A stretch of 64,000 bases of DNA from Octopus vulgaris (taxonomy: Eukaryota), in NCBI GenBank assembly GCA_951406725.2, contig OX597828.1, positions 53,630,001 through 53,694,000 on the forward strand. The letters run 5' to 3'. Numbering within the stretch: the stretch's first letter is position 1; each line of letters starts with the position of its first letter. This document shows, in pieces, positions 41,133 through 55,022 of this stretch. The notes beneath the pieces are model-generated. The model searched no databases. It was not told the DNA's origin and saw nothing but the letters and a program-made list of their open reading frames with translations. The translations under genes were made by a program, and so were the position numbers.

Positions 41133-41698
41133 TTGGGTTGTCCGGAAAGTTCGTGCCGATTTATAGTAGCTTACATTTCGACTTATTTTAGAACATGGTT
41201 GAGTCCATAAAATAGGATTTGACTACACCTCCATTTAGATCACACTTTAAGCTATCTTCTCGTGGAAGAAGGTTTATGTTCCTATAACCCGTGTTAATTC
41301 TGTAACCCTTTAAAATGGAAGATAAGAAAGTTCATTTTCGGCACTTGATGCTTTGGGAACCAGAAAAAAATTGCTGCAGCTCGGCTGGGATGTGTTACCC
41401 CAGCCTCCATATTCACCAGATATTGCTCTTTCGGATTTCCGCTTATTCAGGTCTCTGCAGAATAGTCTTAATGGTAAGAATTTCAATTCCTTGGATGACG
41501 TAAAAAGATACCTTGATGAATTCTTTGCCATGAAACTACCCCAATTCTGGGAAGAGAGTATTTTCAAGTTAAAAGAAAGATGGAAACGCATTGTGCAACA
41601 AAATGGTTCATATTTAGTTGATTAAAAATGTAATGGCAAGTATTTATTGACCTTTTTCTTTCCTTTCAAAATCGGCGCGAACTTTCCGAACAACCCAA
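41133..41698 (+). mobile_element. Internally deleted mariner element with both terminal inverted repeats and TA target duplication
   Basis: TA|TTGGGTTGTCCGGAAAGTTCGTGCCGATTT ... AAATCGGCGCGAACTTTCCGAACAACCCAA|TA. N-terminal MEDKKVHFRHLMLW is joined to C-terminal LGWDVLPQPPYSPDIALSDFRLFRSL...RWKRIVQQNGSYLVD. Confidence 0.95.
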
Positions 41699-41992
41699 TA
41701 TTATTTATAGTTAAATGTAACTCGTCATGTGATAGGTAATTGTCGCAATCATGAATAATATTTGGTAATATTATTATAATTTAACTTTACCAAATCTCAT
41801 GGTGCTTATGCAAAATGATGAAATGAATGCTAATTTATAAAAGAAAAATGTTTATTACCTTAAAATGAAATTAGATAAAACAATATTTAAAAAAGTAAAA
41901 AGAAAAGAGTAAAAACAAAATTACTTTCGCCATTGATTTTATATTATGGAAATTCACTGAAACAAACACCTACCCATCCCCGCACACACACG

Positions 41993-42042
<50 letters not shown>

Positions 42043-42162
42043 GCCTCGTGGAGCTTAGGTGCTTTTGCTCAATAAACACTCACAATGCCCGGTCTGGGAA
42101 TCGAAACCGCGTTTTTACGACCGCGAGTCCGCTGCCCTAACCACTGGGCCATTGCTCTTCCA
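42043..42162 (-). mobile_element. SINE family C head
   Basis: Reverse complement of 49645-49760. Confidence 0.82.
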
Positions 42163-42757
42163 CTCGTTGCTGCTATTATAACTAACGTTTGCTCGTTTAC
42201 ATATATTATTTCTTTTATTGTTTTTCGTATTATAGTTGTTGCATTTAGCAGTATTGTAGTTGTTACTGCTGCTGTTGTCGCTGTTTTTGTTGTTGTTGCT
42301 ATTGTTGTTGTTGCTATTTTTATTGTTGATATTGTTGTTGCTTCTATTGCAGTTATCGCAACAATTACAGTTCTAGTAAGGTTTTCCGACTTCTATTGCT
42401 ACATTAAACAATGGTTGTGTATAATACGTGACCGTTGTGCGTATGGAGCAAGGTGGTTGTGTAAGCATGGACGGCCGGGCGGGCGGCCGGACGGATGGAC
42501 GGTCGGTCGGTCCGGCGGCCTGCCCGCCTGCCACCGCCCCCGTCCATCCGTTTCCCTTTGCAATCAATGCACCACCCACATGCCTACGGAAAAGGGTGCG
42601 TCCAACACTGAAATGTTACAATCAATCGACTCTCGTTGCTTGTTTACACACTTCCACACAGACCTGCTGCCATAGTTGGTGGTGGTGGTGGTGGCGATGG
42701 TAATGGTGGTGGAGGTGGTGGTGGCGATGGTAATGGTGGTGGAGGTGGTGGTAGTGG

Positions 42758-42789
<32 letters not shown>

Positions 42790-42911
42790 GTGGTGGTAGT
42801 GGTGGTGATGATGGTGGTGGTGATGATGATGATGATGATGATAACGGTGATGGTGGTGGTGGTGGTGGTGGTGGTGGTGGTGGAGGATGGTGTGGTGGAG
42901 GTGGTGGTGTG

Positions 42912-42954
<43 letters not shown>

Positions 42955-43259
42955 AGTGGTGGTGATGATGGTGGTGGTGATGATGATGATGATGATGATA
43001 ACGGTGATGGTGGTGGCCATGATGATGATGGTGGTGGTGGTGGAGATGATGAGGATGACGACAATGAAATGAGCGCGGTAAAAGTGGAAGAATGGTAGAC
43101 TTAGTATTATCAAATACAGGACATCGTGTGTGATATTGTACGAGTGTGTGTGCGTGTATGTGTGTATGCGTATATGTGTACGCGTGTGCATACACACTCT
43201 CACGCACGTATATAAAAGAAATACAGAGAGAGAGAGGGAGAGATGAGTTAACGAGGAAT

Positions 43260-43367
<108 letters not shown>

Positions 43368-43511
43368 TTGTGAGAGACTGATACAGAATAGAGGGAGAGG
43401 AAGAGAGAGAAAGATCTTGTAACTAGAATACGAGAATGTCTAAGCCAATAATTAGTGAAGATATTATAATTAATATATATACGACCTGTTAATATATTAA
43501 ACAAACAATGC

Positions 43512-43650
43512 CACGAGCTGGCTGAATAGTTAGCATGCAGGGCAAAATGGTTAACGTATATTTCGTTTGCCTTTACGTTTTTGAGTTCAAATTCCGCTGA
43601 GGTCGACTTTGCCTTTATTCTTTTCGGCGTCGATAAAAAAAGTACCAGTT
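43512..43650 (+). mobile_element. SINE family B, diverged
   Basis: GAGCTGGC...TGAGTTCAAATTCCGCTGAGGTCGACTTTGCC. Confidence 0.75.
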
Positions 43651-43908
43651 GCAATCCATTTACCCCTCATCTCGAGCCAATATTATTCTTTTATGCCCCT
43701 CTTTGAAAAACGATGTTTATGCTGTTGTTATTGTTCTTAATATTGTCGTACTTGTTATTAGTTTTAAGTACATTACACTGTGTAATACGACTTTTGTCCT
43801 TGGGCAGCAATTGTTGTTTCCAATTTGCTTACTCTTAAAAAGTACGAAAAATGACTAACTTTGCTTTTGTTACATTCAATCAAACCCCAAAGATTCCCTC
43901 TCAACACG

Positions 43909-44185
43909 GCAGAGCCGGATTAAGACCCATCGAGGCCCTAAGGACTTAAAAGATTTTGGTGCAATTCAAAATATAAACAATAACAAACCATAAAATAAAT
44001 TTTTTTTCAAAACGAAACAAAATAACAAGCGGGAAAATAATGTTTATTTTTGTATACTTCCGCTTTATTTATATTCGAAAAGTTTCCTCCTACTTTTTTG
44101 AATTGCAAAGTCTTTGATCAGATCCTCAAAATTAATAGCACATCTGCATCTATACTCAGTAGAGATAAAGGCATCCCTAATATTA
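43909..44185 (-). mobile_element. hAT transposon 3' end (C-terminal transposase residues plus terminal repeat)
   Basis: Terminus CAGAGCCGGATTAAGACC at 43909. Minus strand translates, across a frameshift, LSLLSIDADVL..NFEDLIKDFAIQKSRRKLF, the hAT dimerisation-domain tail pattern. Confidence 0.72.
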
Positions 44186-44375
44186 TTTTAGCAAGTCTAA
44201 AGAGATTTCTTTTGTGCCGTAAACCATTTACCATTTCTGTGGTAAATGGTTTATGTGTCTATATATATATAGACACACACGCATACAAATATACATATAT
44301 ACATACATCCGTGTGTGTGCATGCATGATTTATGTACGTATATCTAAATAAAAATCATGGGCCTATATGCATATG

Positions 44376-44420
<45 letters not shown>

Positions 44421-44724
44421 CACTAGAAATCTTCATATTGACGAAGGATACATGCACAAACACACACACACACACATACACTCGCACACACATAACTACA
44501 TATTTATACCCGTATATAGGCATGTATATGTATTTACATGTATAGATGTATGTATGCATATATGTGTATATATATTAGGGAATAAATCCAAATTTACAGG
44601 GAAAAATCAGATTTAGGATTGAATCCAATTTTATAGTAAAATATAATATAATATTAATTAGAGACAAAACCACTATTATGCAAATCAAACAAAGAAATAT
44701 AGATATATATATGTCTGTATACAA

Positions 44725-44820
<96 letters not shown>

Positions 44821-44964
44821 TGGGAGATATACAAGCATACATATACATACATGCGTATATTCATTCGCATATATACACAAATACAAATACACAAGTACCA
44901 CATCTACATTTATAAAAATATAGAGGTATCGTGGGTGAGCTGGAAGAAAATATACATACGTGCG

Positions 44965-45008
<44 letters not shown>

Positions 45009-45421
45009 CATTCAGATACAGTCACATATGAATACATATTAACACACATACATGTATACATACATGCATACATACATAGATGCATACATACACCCACACA
45101 TACATGTACAATTCATAAACATGTCACTTATATTCAAATTAAACACCGCAACTGCACGCTAAACTCTATAAGAACTTATTCTATAGCATGTCGACATGGA
45201 AGTTTATATCAGAGGGCTCTTATTAATTCACTGTCCTTCGACAGACCGACACAGCGAGCCGTCGCCATGTTTGTCTTTCGAGTTTACCGCCCGATGCCTC
45301 CATAATTAGAATCAAACATTCGCACACAACGAAATTGTTCCTTATTGTCAGCGCTTGCACAGGCACTTTCCATCTCGTTATAGACGTATAAATACACACA
45401 CACGTATACACACTTACATAA

Positions 45422-45497
<76 letters not shown>

Positions 45498-45850
45498 TAT
45501 ATATGTATATATGTATGTTTATGAACGTATGTATATGTATGTATATGTGTATATATGTGTGTATGTACATACATATGTATGCATATAAGTTATATATATG
45601 TATATATGTATGTGTATATATGTATATATACGTATATATATATATATGTATATATATATATACATACATATATATGTGTGTGTGTGTATGTTTATGTATG
45701 TGAGCCAGTATGTATATCTGAGCATATTGTGTTATCCTACACTCATATATATTTATATATATGTGTGTGTGTATATGTGTGTATGTACATACATATGTGT
45801 GTATATAAGTTATATATATATATATGTATATATGTATGTGTGTATATATG

Positions 45851-45912
<62 letters not shown>

Positions 45913-45917
45913 TACAC

Positions 45918-45950
<33 letters not shown>

Positions 45951-46504
45951 TATGTATGTATATGTATATATATATATGTGTGTGTGTATGTTTATGTATG
46001 TATATACCAGAATTGTGTATGTTAGCCAGTATGTATGTATATCTGAGCATATTGTGTTATCCTACACTCAACTACTTGCACATATATACACGTGTCTATA
46101 CACATCTGCATATATATAAACGCATGCATGCATTCATGCAGGCTGACAATTGCAGATATTGTGCCGACATATTCAGCCCCATTCTCCATCATTCTATCTC
46201 TCCTTCTCTTTCTCCCTCTCTCACCTTTCCTCTCTCATTTGCTCTCTTTTTTTCTCTGTTTTTCGCTCTATCTCTTCCCTCTCTCTCTCCCCCCTCTCTC
46301 TCTCTCTCTATTACATCTCACTGCTCCCCTCACCATTCCGCTTCTCATTTATATCTCCACCTTCATTTTTCCCGCCCTTGCCCGCCGCACCCTCTGCACT
46401 CGTTTGCATGTTCTTGTCATCTATCAAACGTTCATCCCACATGTGTCTATACATGCAAAGATATACGTATACACACACACATTCAGGTAGGTATGTATAT
46501 ACAC

Positions 46505-46600
<96 letters not shown>

Positions 46601-46800
46601 ATACAATTACATATATGTATATATATATGTGTGTATGTAGGTATGTGTGTGAATATAAACATAAATATATATATATACATACATATGTATATATATGTAT
46701 ATATGTGTCTTTGCATGTGTTTGTGTGTGCGTGCATGTGTGTGTGCATGTGTGTATGTGTGTTTGTATTTGCGTGTGCATGTGTGTCTGTGTGTGTCTGT

Positions 46801-46860
<60 letters not shown>

Positions 46861-47678
46861 ATTTGTGTATGTATTTGTGTGTGTCTGTGTGTGTGTGTGC
46901 ATGTAAGAAAGTATATCTTCCATCTCCTCTCTGCCAGTCTATCATCTGTTTATGAAACGAAATGCATCTTTACCTCAACCCTCGTCCCTCCTCCCCCCGA
47001 TCTAACTTTTCTTTGTCTATTCTACAACTTATATACACCTAGGTTTCAATACACAAGTGCGTGTAAGTATATTCATATACAACATATACAGTCATATACA
47101 CACAGACATTAACACATATATACATATACATATATCTGCCTTCGTCTTTTGTTTATTTTCATAAAGCTTCCCGTTATATACATATATATAAATATACAGG
47201 TACTTCTAAATATATATGCATATATACATTCGTAGGATACACACACGCTTGTATGTATACCAAAACGCATTACGTAACACACAGTACCATAACATATGAA
47301 TTAATTAATTCTGTAATGAAAGTATTTTGATATTCTCTGTAATGCATTCTTATTGTCATAATTTAGACTAAATTACGTTGAGGTAACTTATGTTATACAT
47401 ATTATAGGGAAGACTTCTTATAAGAAACGATGTCTTATATAATGTATAAAACATATCATGCATACAAGTATATATATATATATATATATATATATGCATA
47501 TATATGCATTTATGTACACAAACACACACACATATATATATCATATGTTTAGATATGCATACTTGCACTTCAAAAGAACTACCTGTTTTTCTTACTGATT
47601 ATTTGACTTTGTACTCAATTACCTAGCTCTGTATGCAGGAATCGATTGATAGATAGATAGATATATAGATAGATAGAT

Positions 47679-47801
<123 letters not shown>

Positions 47802-47867
47802 CATACATACATACATACATACATACATACATACATTCATACATACATACATACATACATACATACA

Positions 47868-47899
<32 letters not shown>

Positions 47900-48219
47900 A
47901 TTACTATTCTGTCTGTCTTTAATTACTAAACTACGAAAGCCTTTCTTACTCTCAGACGACCAACTAAAGTATATTTGTGCACATACAGTATATACATGGT
48001 TTACCTATATTTATGAGCGTGCTTATTACTTTGTAATTTTTTATAATTATTAGTAGTGGTGGTTATTTCGCCTATCGCTACGTTCTGAGTTCAAATTCCG
48101 CTGAGGTCGATTTTACCTTTCATCCTTTCGGGGGTCTATAAATTAGACCTCCCCCAAATTAAATATCGAAGTTAGAGGATGCCGAAACTCGAAAACCAAA
48201 TACGTACACATAGACATAC

Positions 48220-48525
<306 letters not shown>

Positions 48526-48590
48526 GTTCCCCTCGTACAAACACATTCTCTCACGTGCACATGTTTTCACATGCACAAATATATATATTT

Positions 48591-48674
<84 letters not shown>

Positions 48675-48812
48675 TAACATGAGCCCGGGTATACACCACC
48701 GCCACTATCACCAGTATCAGCGCCACCACCATCCCTACCGTGTCTGTCACACCAACTTCACGAAATGACACCAGAATCCTGCCAGAATTCCTTCTCCACT
48801 TTGCAGAATGTG

Positions 48813-48932
<120 letters not shown>

Positions 48933-49222
48933 ATGTCTCTCGAGAGATGTTATTGACGGTGAAGGATTGAGGTCGGCGCTGTTCATACATTTGTAAAATA
49001 TGAAAAATATTTGAAGATACGAAACAAGAGCTGTGTGTCGTTAAATCGGTTTGGCGAGGAGTTGGGGTGGGGGACTATTTTTATGTATGGGATGGCGATG
49101 GGGTGTATGTGTGTATGTGTGTATGTGTGTGTGCATGTATGTATTCGTGTATGTGTGTGCGTATAGTGTTTGTGAATAAGTAGAAGAGTACGTATGTCAC
49201 TATGGAAGTCTATATATGTATG

Positions 49223-49274
<52 letters not shown>

Positions 49275-49641
49275 TGTATGTATGTATTATGTATATGTTT
49301 GTCTGAACGCATTTATGTTTGTTTATGCACGTTTGTATACGTATGTATACATATATATACATACTCCAGCATGGCCGCAGTCAAATGAGTGAAACAAATA
49401 AAAGAATAAAAAAAAACAAATGTAGATGCGAATATGCTTGTCTGCCTGTATGTATGTTTGTATGTGTATATATGGTATGTATATATATATATATATATAA
49501 ATGTATGTGTGTATGTATGGATATGTATATATATATATGTATGTATGTGTGATTGTTAGGAAGAGAATATTTATATGGCGGAGAGTTTTGTATGAATGCT
49601 AGTAAGGGGATAGGTATATCTACCCTGGTTATAATAGAGAT

Positions 49642-50021
49642 GAGGCGCAATGGCCCAGTGGTTAGGGCAGCGAACTTGCGGTCATAGGATCGCGGTTTCG
49701 ATTCCCAGACCGGGCGTTGTGAGTGTTTATTGAGCGAAAACACCTAAAAGCTCCACGAGGCTCCGACAGGGATGGTGGTGATCCCTGCTGTACTCTTTCA
49801 CCACAACTTTCTCTCACTCTTACTTCCTGTTTCTGTTCTACCTGTATTTCAAAGGGCCGGCCTTGTCACTCTCTGTGTCACGCTGAATATCCCCAAGAAC
49901 TGCGTTAAGGGTACACGTGTCTGTGGAGTGCTCACCCACTTACACGTTAATTTCACGAGCAGGTTGTTCCGTTGATCGGATCAACCGGAACCCTCGTCGT
50001 CGTAACCGACGGAGTGCTTCC
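49642..50021 (+). mobile_element. SINE family C, apparently full length
   Basis: GAGGCGCAATGGCCCAGTGGTTAGGGCAGCG, GGTTTCGATTCCC, 3' end CCCTCGTCGTCGTAACCGACGGAGTG. Confidence 0.88.
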
Positions 50022-50293
50022 ATCCATAATAGAGATTGTGTCCATGCATATGAAAGTGAGCTCACCTATGTATGTGTGTGTTTATATGTGTGCGTACACA
50101 TGTACGTGTCTAGGATATAATATAAATTCACGTGAAGATGCTTGAGTGTATGAATACAAGTTGTATAAGATTGTATATGCATGAAAGAGACAGAATATAT
50201 ACGGGGAGTTTTCGTCAACCGATGTAATATAATAGGGATGTACTATGAGTACTCAGTCTGGGTTACCAGTAAAAACGCCGGCTACAGAGAGAC

Positions 50294-50720
50294 TCTTTAC
50301 TCTTTCTCTCTTTCTCTCTTTTACTTGTTTCAGTCATTTGACTGCGGCCATGCAGGAGCACCACCTTTAGTCGAGCAAATCGACCCCGGGACTTATTCTT
50401 TGTAAGCCCAGTACTTATTCTATCGTTCTCTCTTTTGCCGAACCGCCAAGTGACGGGGACGTAAACACACCAGCATCGGTTGTCAAGCAATGCTAGGGGG
50501 ACAAACACAGACACACAAACATATACACACACACTTATATATATATACATATATACGACAGGCTTCTTTCAGTTTCCGTCTACAAAATCCACTCACAAGG
50601 CATTGGTCGGCCCGGGGCTATAAGCAGAAGACACTTGCCCAAGATGCCACGCAGTGAGACTGAACCCGGAACCATGTGGTTGGTTAGCAAGCTACTTACC
50701 ACACGGCCACTCCTGCGCCT
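50294..50720 (-). mobile_element. SINE family A, full length
   Basis: Colinear with 2325-2732. Confidence 0.9.
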
Positions 50721-50918
50721 ATTACACACTGGGGTCGATATAATAGACTGTGTATATGAAAAAGCAATTGGAGCCAGATTGTTCAAGAGCGAAGAGTGAA
50801 ACGCGTGTAAGTTTAAACAGAAAAATTTTACCAAGTTGCTGGGAACGTCTGCTTTATTTTTCTATTTTCATCTGGTAAATTTGCGTCCACAGTATTGTCG
50901 CATATACCAGAGTGAGAA

Positions 50919-51337
50919 AGGCGGAGAGCTGGCAGAAACGTTAGCACGCCGGGCGAAATGCTTAGCGGTATTTCGTCTGCCGTTACGTTCTGAGTTTAAA
51001 TTCCGCCGAGGTCGACTTTGCCTTTCATACTTTCGGATTCGATAAATTATGTAACAGTTACACACTGGGGTCGATATAATCGACTTAATCCGTTTCTCTG
51101 TCCTTGTTTGTCCCTTCGGTGAGTAGCCCCTTGTGGGCAGTAAAGAAATAAGAAACGTTAGTACGCCGGGCGAAATGCTTGGTGGTATTTTGTCTGTCTT
51201 TAGGTTCTGAGTTCAAATTCCATAGCGGTCGACTTTGCCTTTCATCCTTTCGCGGTCGATAAATTAAGTACCAGTTGCATACTGGGTCGATCTGGCCTTC
51301 TTCCCCAAAATTTCGAGCCTTGTGCCTTGAAGCAGAA
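50919..51337 (+). mobile_element. Dimeric SINE family B
   Basis: Head AGGCGGAGAGCTGGCAGAAACGTTAGC; junction GTAAAGAAATA|AGAAACGTTAG at about 51150. Confidence 0.88.
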
Positions 51338-51682
51338 AAGATTTACCAGGGTGAGAATCGCCAATGTCTTGAATATGTTTCTTGCTTGTTACATAGATGT
51401 GTTTCCATATCATGTTCTATAGGATATTGGAAACTTGGTCGAGAAACGAAGGTTATCGTACCTGTCCAAGGATGAGAGCATGTCTGGCATGAAAACAACC
51501 AGCATCAAACCTGTCACCTTGAAATTAGTTGCAGACAACATAGAGGAATCAAAAACCGTTATTAAATGCATATAGACATGTTATATAAATACGATGTACA
51601 TACATACATAAATGAATACATACATACATACATACATACATACATACATACATACATACATACATACATACATACATACAAG

Positions 51683-51849
51683 CAGGGCCGGCCCAAAGGT
51701 TGCTGATGCCCCGAGCAAGCTGAACCTCGACGTGTACAAGCTGTCGGTCGTGGAAATTTCCTTGTCATTCTCACGCCCTTCTTTGGCGTCCCCTAGCACA
51801 TGGCGCCCCGGGCGACTGTCCCAGTTGCCGGTACATTGAACCGGTCCTG
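51683..51849. mobile_element. hAT-type MITE
   Basis: Termini CAGGGCCGG and CCGGTCCTG, with 8-bp flanks CATACAAG and CCTACAAG (7/8 match, hAT-length target duplication). Confidence 0.8.
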
Positions 51850-52115
51850 CCTACAAGGAGTTTGTAGATCCAGTGCTCCAGGTACACTTTCAGCTTCGTA
51901 ACTATTATTACTGCAGCAACAGGATACATACCAGCCCGTCCAGAGAAAAGTATGGCTGAACGTGGGGTCTTGAGGGGAGAATGCAAATCCTTAATCCAAA
52001 TGCTACAAATAACCAGGGACTATAAAATTATGCAAGACCTTCTTAAGATTTAAAGGATGGTGGTTAAAAGAAAATACTTTCTTTCACAACATACATACAT
52101 ACATACATACATACA

Positions 52116-52645
52116 AGATGACCATCCTAGAATGAATATAAAGAATCTTCCTGTTATTGAATACATACAAAAACGTGAATACAAGGAATACAGTTGGAAC
52201 ATCCCCTTCAAGACATCTGTCTAGTCTAAACATATCAGGCCGGATATGTTGCTACGAACAGATGAGAAAAAGTGTGTAATATCATACAGGTCTGCTGCCT
52301 ATTTGAAAATCAAAGAGGATAGCTATGGACAACTGCTTCGAGACCTCAAGGATCCCTATGTATCAAGATTATGAATTCACATTTGTACCAAGGACGATTG
52401 GTTCCCTTGCTTTTGTGAGTAAGTTCCTCTGTGACAATCTGGGAAAGATAGGGTTTACAGAAAAAGAAATCAACCAACTCGCACATTACAAATACAATCT
52501 GTAAGCGGAAGAGTGAAAATGTGCAAGAATTTTCTAAAGTTTAGTATATGACATCATTGTTAGTATATGTTAGTATATGTATCATTGTTAGAAACCAGCT
52601 CCTTCAGAGAAAAAAAACCTGAAATAATTAGAACCAGAAGAGAAC
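52116..52645 (+). mobile_element. R4/Dong-like retrotransposon 3' end with restriction-like endonuclease domain, decayed
   Basis: Manual translation across frameshifts: KEYSWNIPFKTSV*SKHIRPDML...KIKEDSYGQLLRDL...YEFTFVPRTIGSLAFV...IQSVSGRVKMCKNFLKFSI*. This matches the RLE 'RPD...K...Y...P..IG.LG' pattern. Confidence 0.8.
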
Positions 52646-52816
52646 ATACGTACATATGCACATACGCACACACACAACACACACAGACAAAACACACACA
52701 CAGATAAAACACACACAGACAAAACACACACACACTCAACACACACACATCCACATACACACACACGCACACACACACACAAAACATACAGATGCACTCA
52801 CACACATACACGCAGG

Positions 52817-52863
<47 letters not shown>

Positions 52864-53139
52864 TCAAGCACTTACAAAGAATGACTGGAAGACCGAAGAC
52901 GAAATAAAGAAGGGTAAAAATGAAGGAAATTAGAAAGAACAAAAACTAAAAACATTGAAAACGTCTTTCAAAAGGAAGGAAAAACATTTTACGGAGAAGA
53001 GAAGGAAAAGAACGACAGAAGAATGAAAGAACAACGAAGAATATGGAGAAAATCAGGTGAAATAAAAGAGAATGGAATGAAAAGAACAAAGGAACGAATG
53101 AATGAACGAGTGAATAGGTTGGTAAATGAAGGGAAGCTA

Positions 53140-53310
53140 ATTCTTCGCTTTGATAATGTTGTGTGGCTTTGTTTCGAAGTTACGCTGCCCATAATGACCG
53201 GAAGTGGACGTCACCTCTTTGCCACTTTCTGATTCCTGTAATTTCGTGTCAACAAAGATGTCACACAAGGTTATTAGGGGCTAAAAACTAGCGGCTCCAT
53301 TCACTCGACT
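53140..53310. promoter_or_regulatory. Candidate regulatory island (ETS site abutting a CRE-like site)
   Basis: ACCGGAAGTG 53197-53206 directly followed by GACGTCA 53207-53213; TCF-type CTTTGAT at about 53148. Confidence 0.35.
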
Positions 53311-53560
53311 TCACTCTTTCTCCCCTTCTATCTTTCGCCCCCTTCTCTCTCTCTCACTTATTGTATCTCTCTGTATGTATATTCATTTATATATGTGTAT
53401 GTATGTGTGTGTGTGCGTGTATATATATATATATATATATAAAGTTAATCCAAACAAGAAAACAAAAAGACAACAACGCGAGGATGTGGAACAAATATAT
53501 ATATATCTACATATGTATGTATGTATATATACATATATGTATGTATTGTATGTATGTATG

Positions 53561-53591
<31 letters not shown>

Positions 53592-54303
53592 ATATGTATG
53601 TATGTATGTACATATACATGTATATATATATATGTATATATGTATGTATATATATATATATATATATGTATGCATATATATATATATATCTATGTATGCA
53701 TATATATATATATATACAGAGAGAGAGGGGTTAAGGGCGCACGAGAGAGAGTGTGTGTCGGGCACTAAGGGAGAAAACTTATAGAGAATACGTGTCTATA
53801 TATCTTTATAAACACACATATATATATACACACGCTCACACACACATACGCACAAACGAATACATATGCGCACGCACGTGCTCACGCGCGCACAGAAGCA
53901 AACGACACGACCAGAAAATCATACCTAAAGCTTGATGGTTAATGATTGCTCCCGTGTTCTAACTCGTCCCACAATAAATTTGTTCCATACTCATGAATTG
54001 ACCAACGTCTAATCGACAGAAAGAAAAGAAAAACATCAGCCCTCGGGCCGCAGTTGTATACTGATAACGCCACACTGCCCATAAACTTCACGGATGTCAG
54101 TAGTATGGATTTCTATCTATCTAAAACTTTACGGGGATTATTTTAATAAATCACAAGTTTTGTGTCTTGTAGAATTAGGGGTGAGGGTTTATCGTTCCTT
54201 AAAATTTTCAGCTGGGCTTTATTTTCTGCATTTGGGTTTATCTCCCTGCAAGTCTTCTGTTTGTCTGCAAAGGAGGAGAAGTACATTCCATAGGCACCGT
54301 TTG

Positions 54304-54655
54304 TTTTTACTTGTTTCAGTCATAAGATTGCGGCCGTGCTGGAGCACAACCTTGATGAATTTTAGTCGAAAGAATCGATCCCAGTATCTAAGTTGTCGTT
54401 GCTATTTTTTAAGCCCGGCTCTTATTTGTACTGGTGTTTTTGCCCAAATATTAAGTTACGGGGATGTAAACAAACCAACACCTGTTCTCAAGTGGTGTAA
54501 CGGGCGAAATATACAGACACAAAGACACGTGCACACGCACGTGCACACATACACACTCATACATATATGACGCGATTCTTTGAGGTTCCGTCTATCAAAT
54601 TCACGTTGGCTGGTCCAGACCTATAATAGAAGACACGTAAACTGAAAGTACGTCG
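54304..54655 (-). mobile_element. Old diverged SINE family A copy
   Basis: TTTTACTTGTTTCAGTCAT..GCTGGAGCAC..AAGTTACGGGGATGTAAAC..TTCCGTCTA.CAAAT. Confidence 0.7.
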
Positions 54656-54705
54656 TATATATACTAAATACATACATATATATATATATATATACATATG
54701 TATAT

Positions 54706-54764
<59 letters not shown>

Positions 54765-54765
<1 letters not shown>

Positions 54766-54868
54766 AATGAAAAACAGGACACAAAGGATGTCGCGGTACA
54801 CATGTTTCGAGCTTTATAAAACAACTTATTCTTACATCAATGCATCCTTTGTGTCCTGTTTTTCATTT
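54765..54868. repeat. Perfect 26-bp inverted repeat with 52-nt loop next to (TA)n
   Basis: AAATGAAAAACAGGACACAAAGGATG (54765-54790) and CATCCTTTGTGTCCTGTTTTTCATTT (54843-54868). Confidence 0.92.
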
Positions 54869-54954
54869 TATTTCATTTGATACATATATCTTCTCACCTC
54901 TGCTACTAGCTGGCATATAAAGGTGCTTACATTTATCAAGTATTCACCCTGAAT

Positions 54955-55019
<65 letters not shown>

Positions 55020-55022
<3 letters not shown>

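Noticed and set aside
45223-47112. Longest ORFs (275-360 aa) and similar YI/CV/HT-rich ORFs throughout
   Set aside because: They are translations of TA/CA/ATGT microsatellites that lack stop codons, open in several frames and on both strands.
49642-49715. tRNA-like sequences (also 19649, 25986 and family A heads)
   Set aside because: No proper acceptor stem, and they continue into SINE bodies; treated as SINE heads rather than tRNA genes.
54066-54085. Partial miR-34-like match (GGCAGTGTGG on the minus strand)
   Set aside because: Only about 10 nt match and no precursor hairpin is evident.
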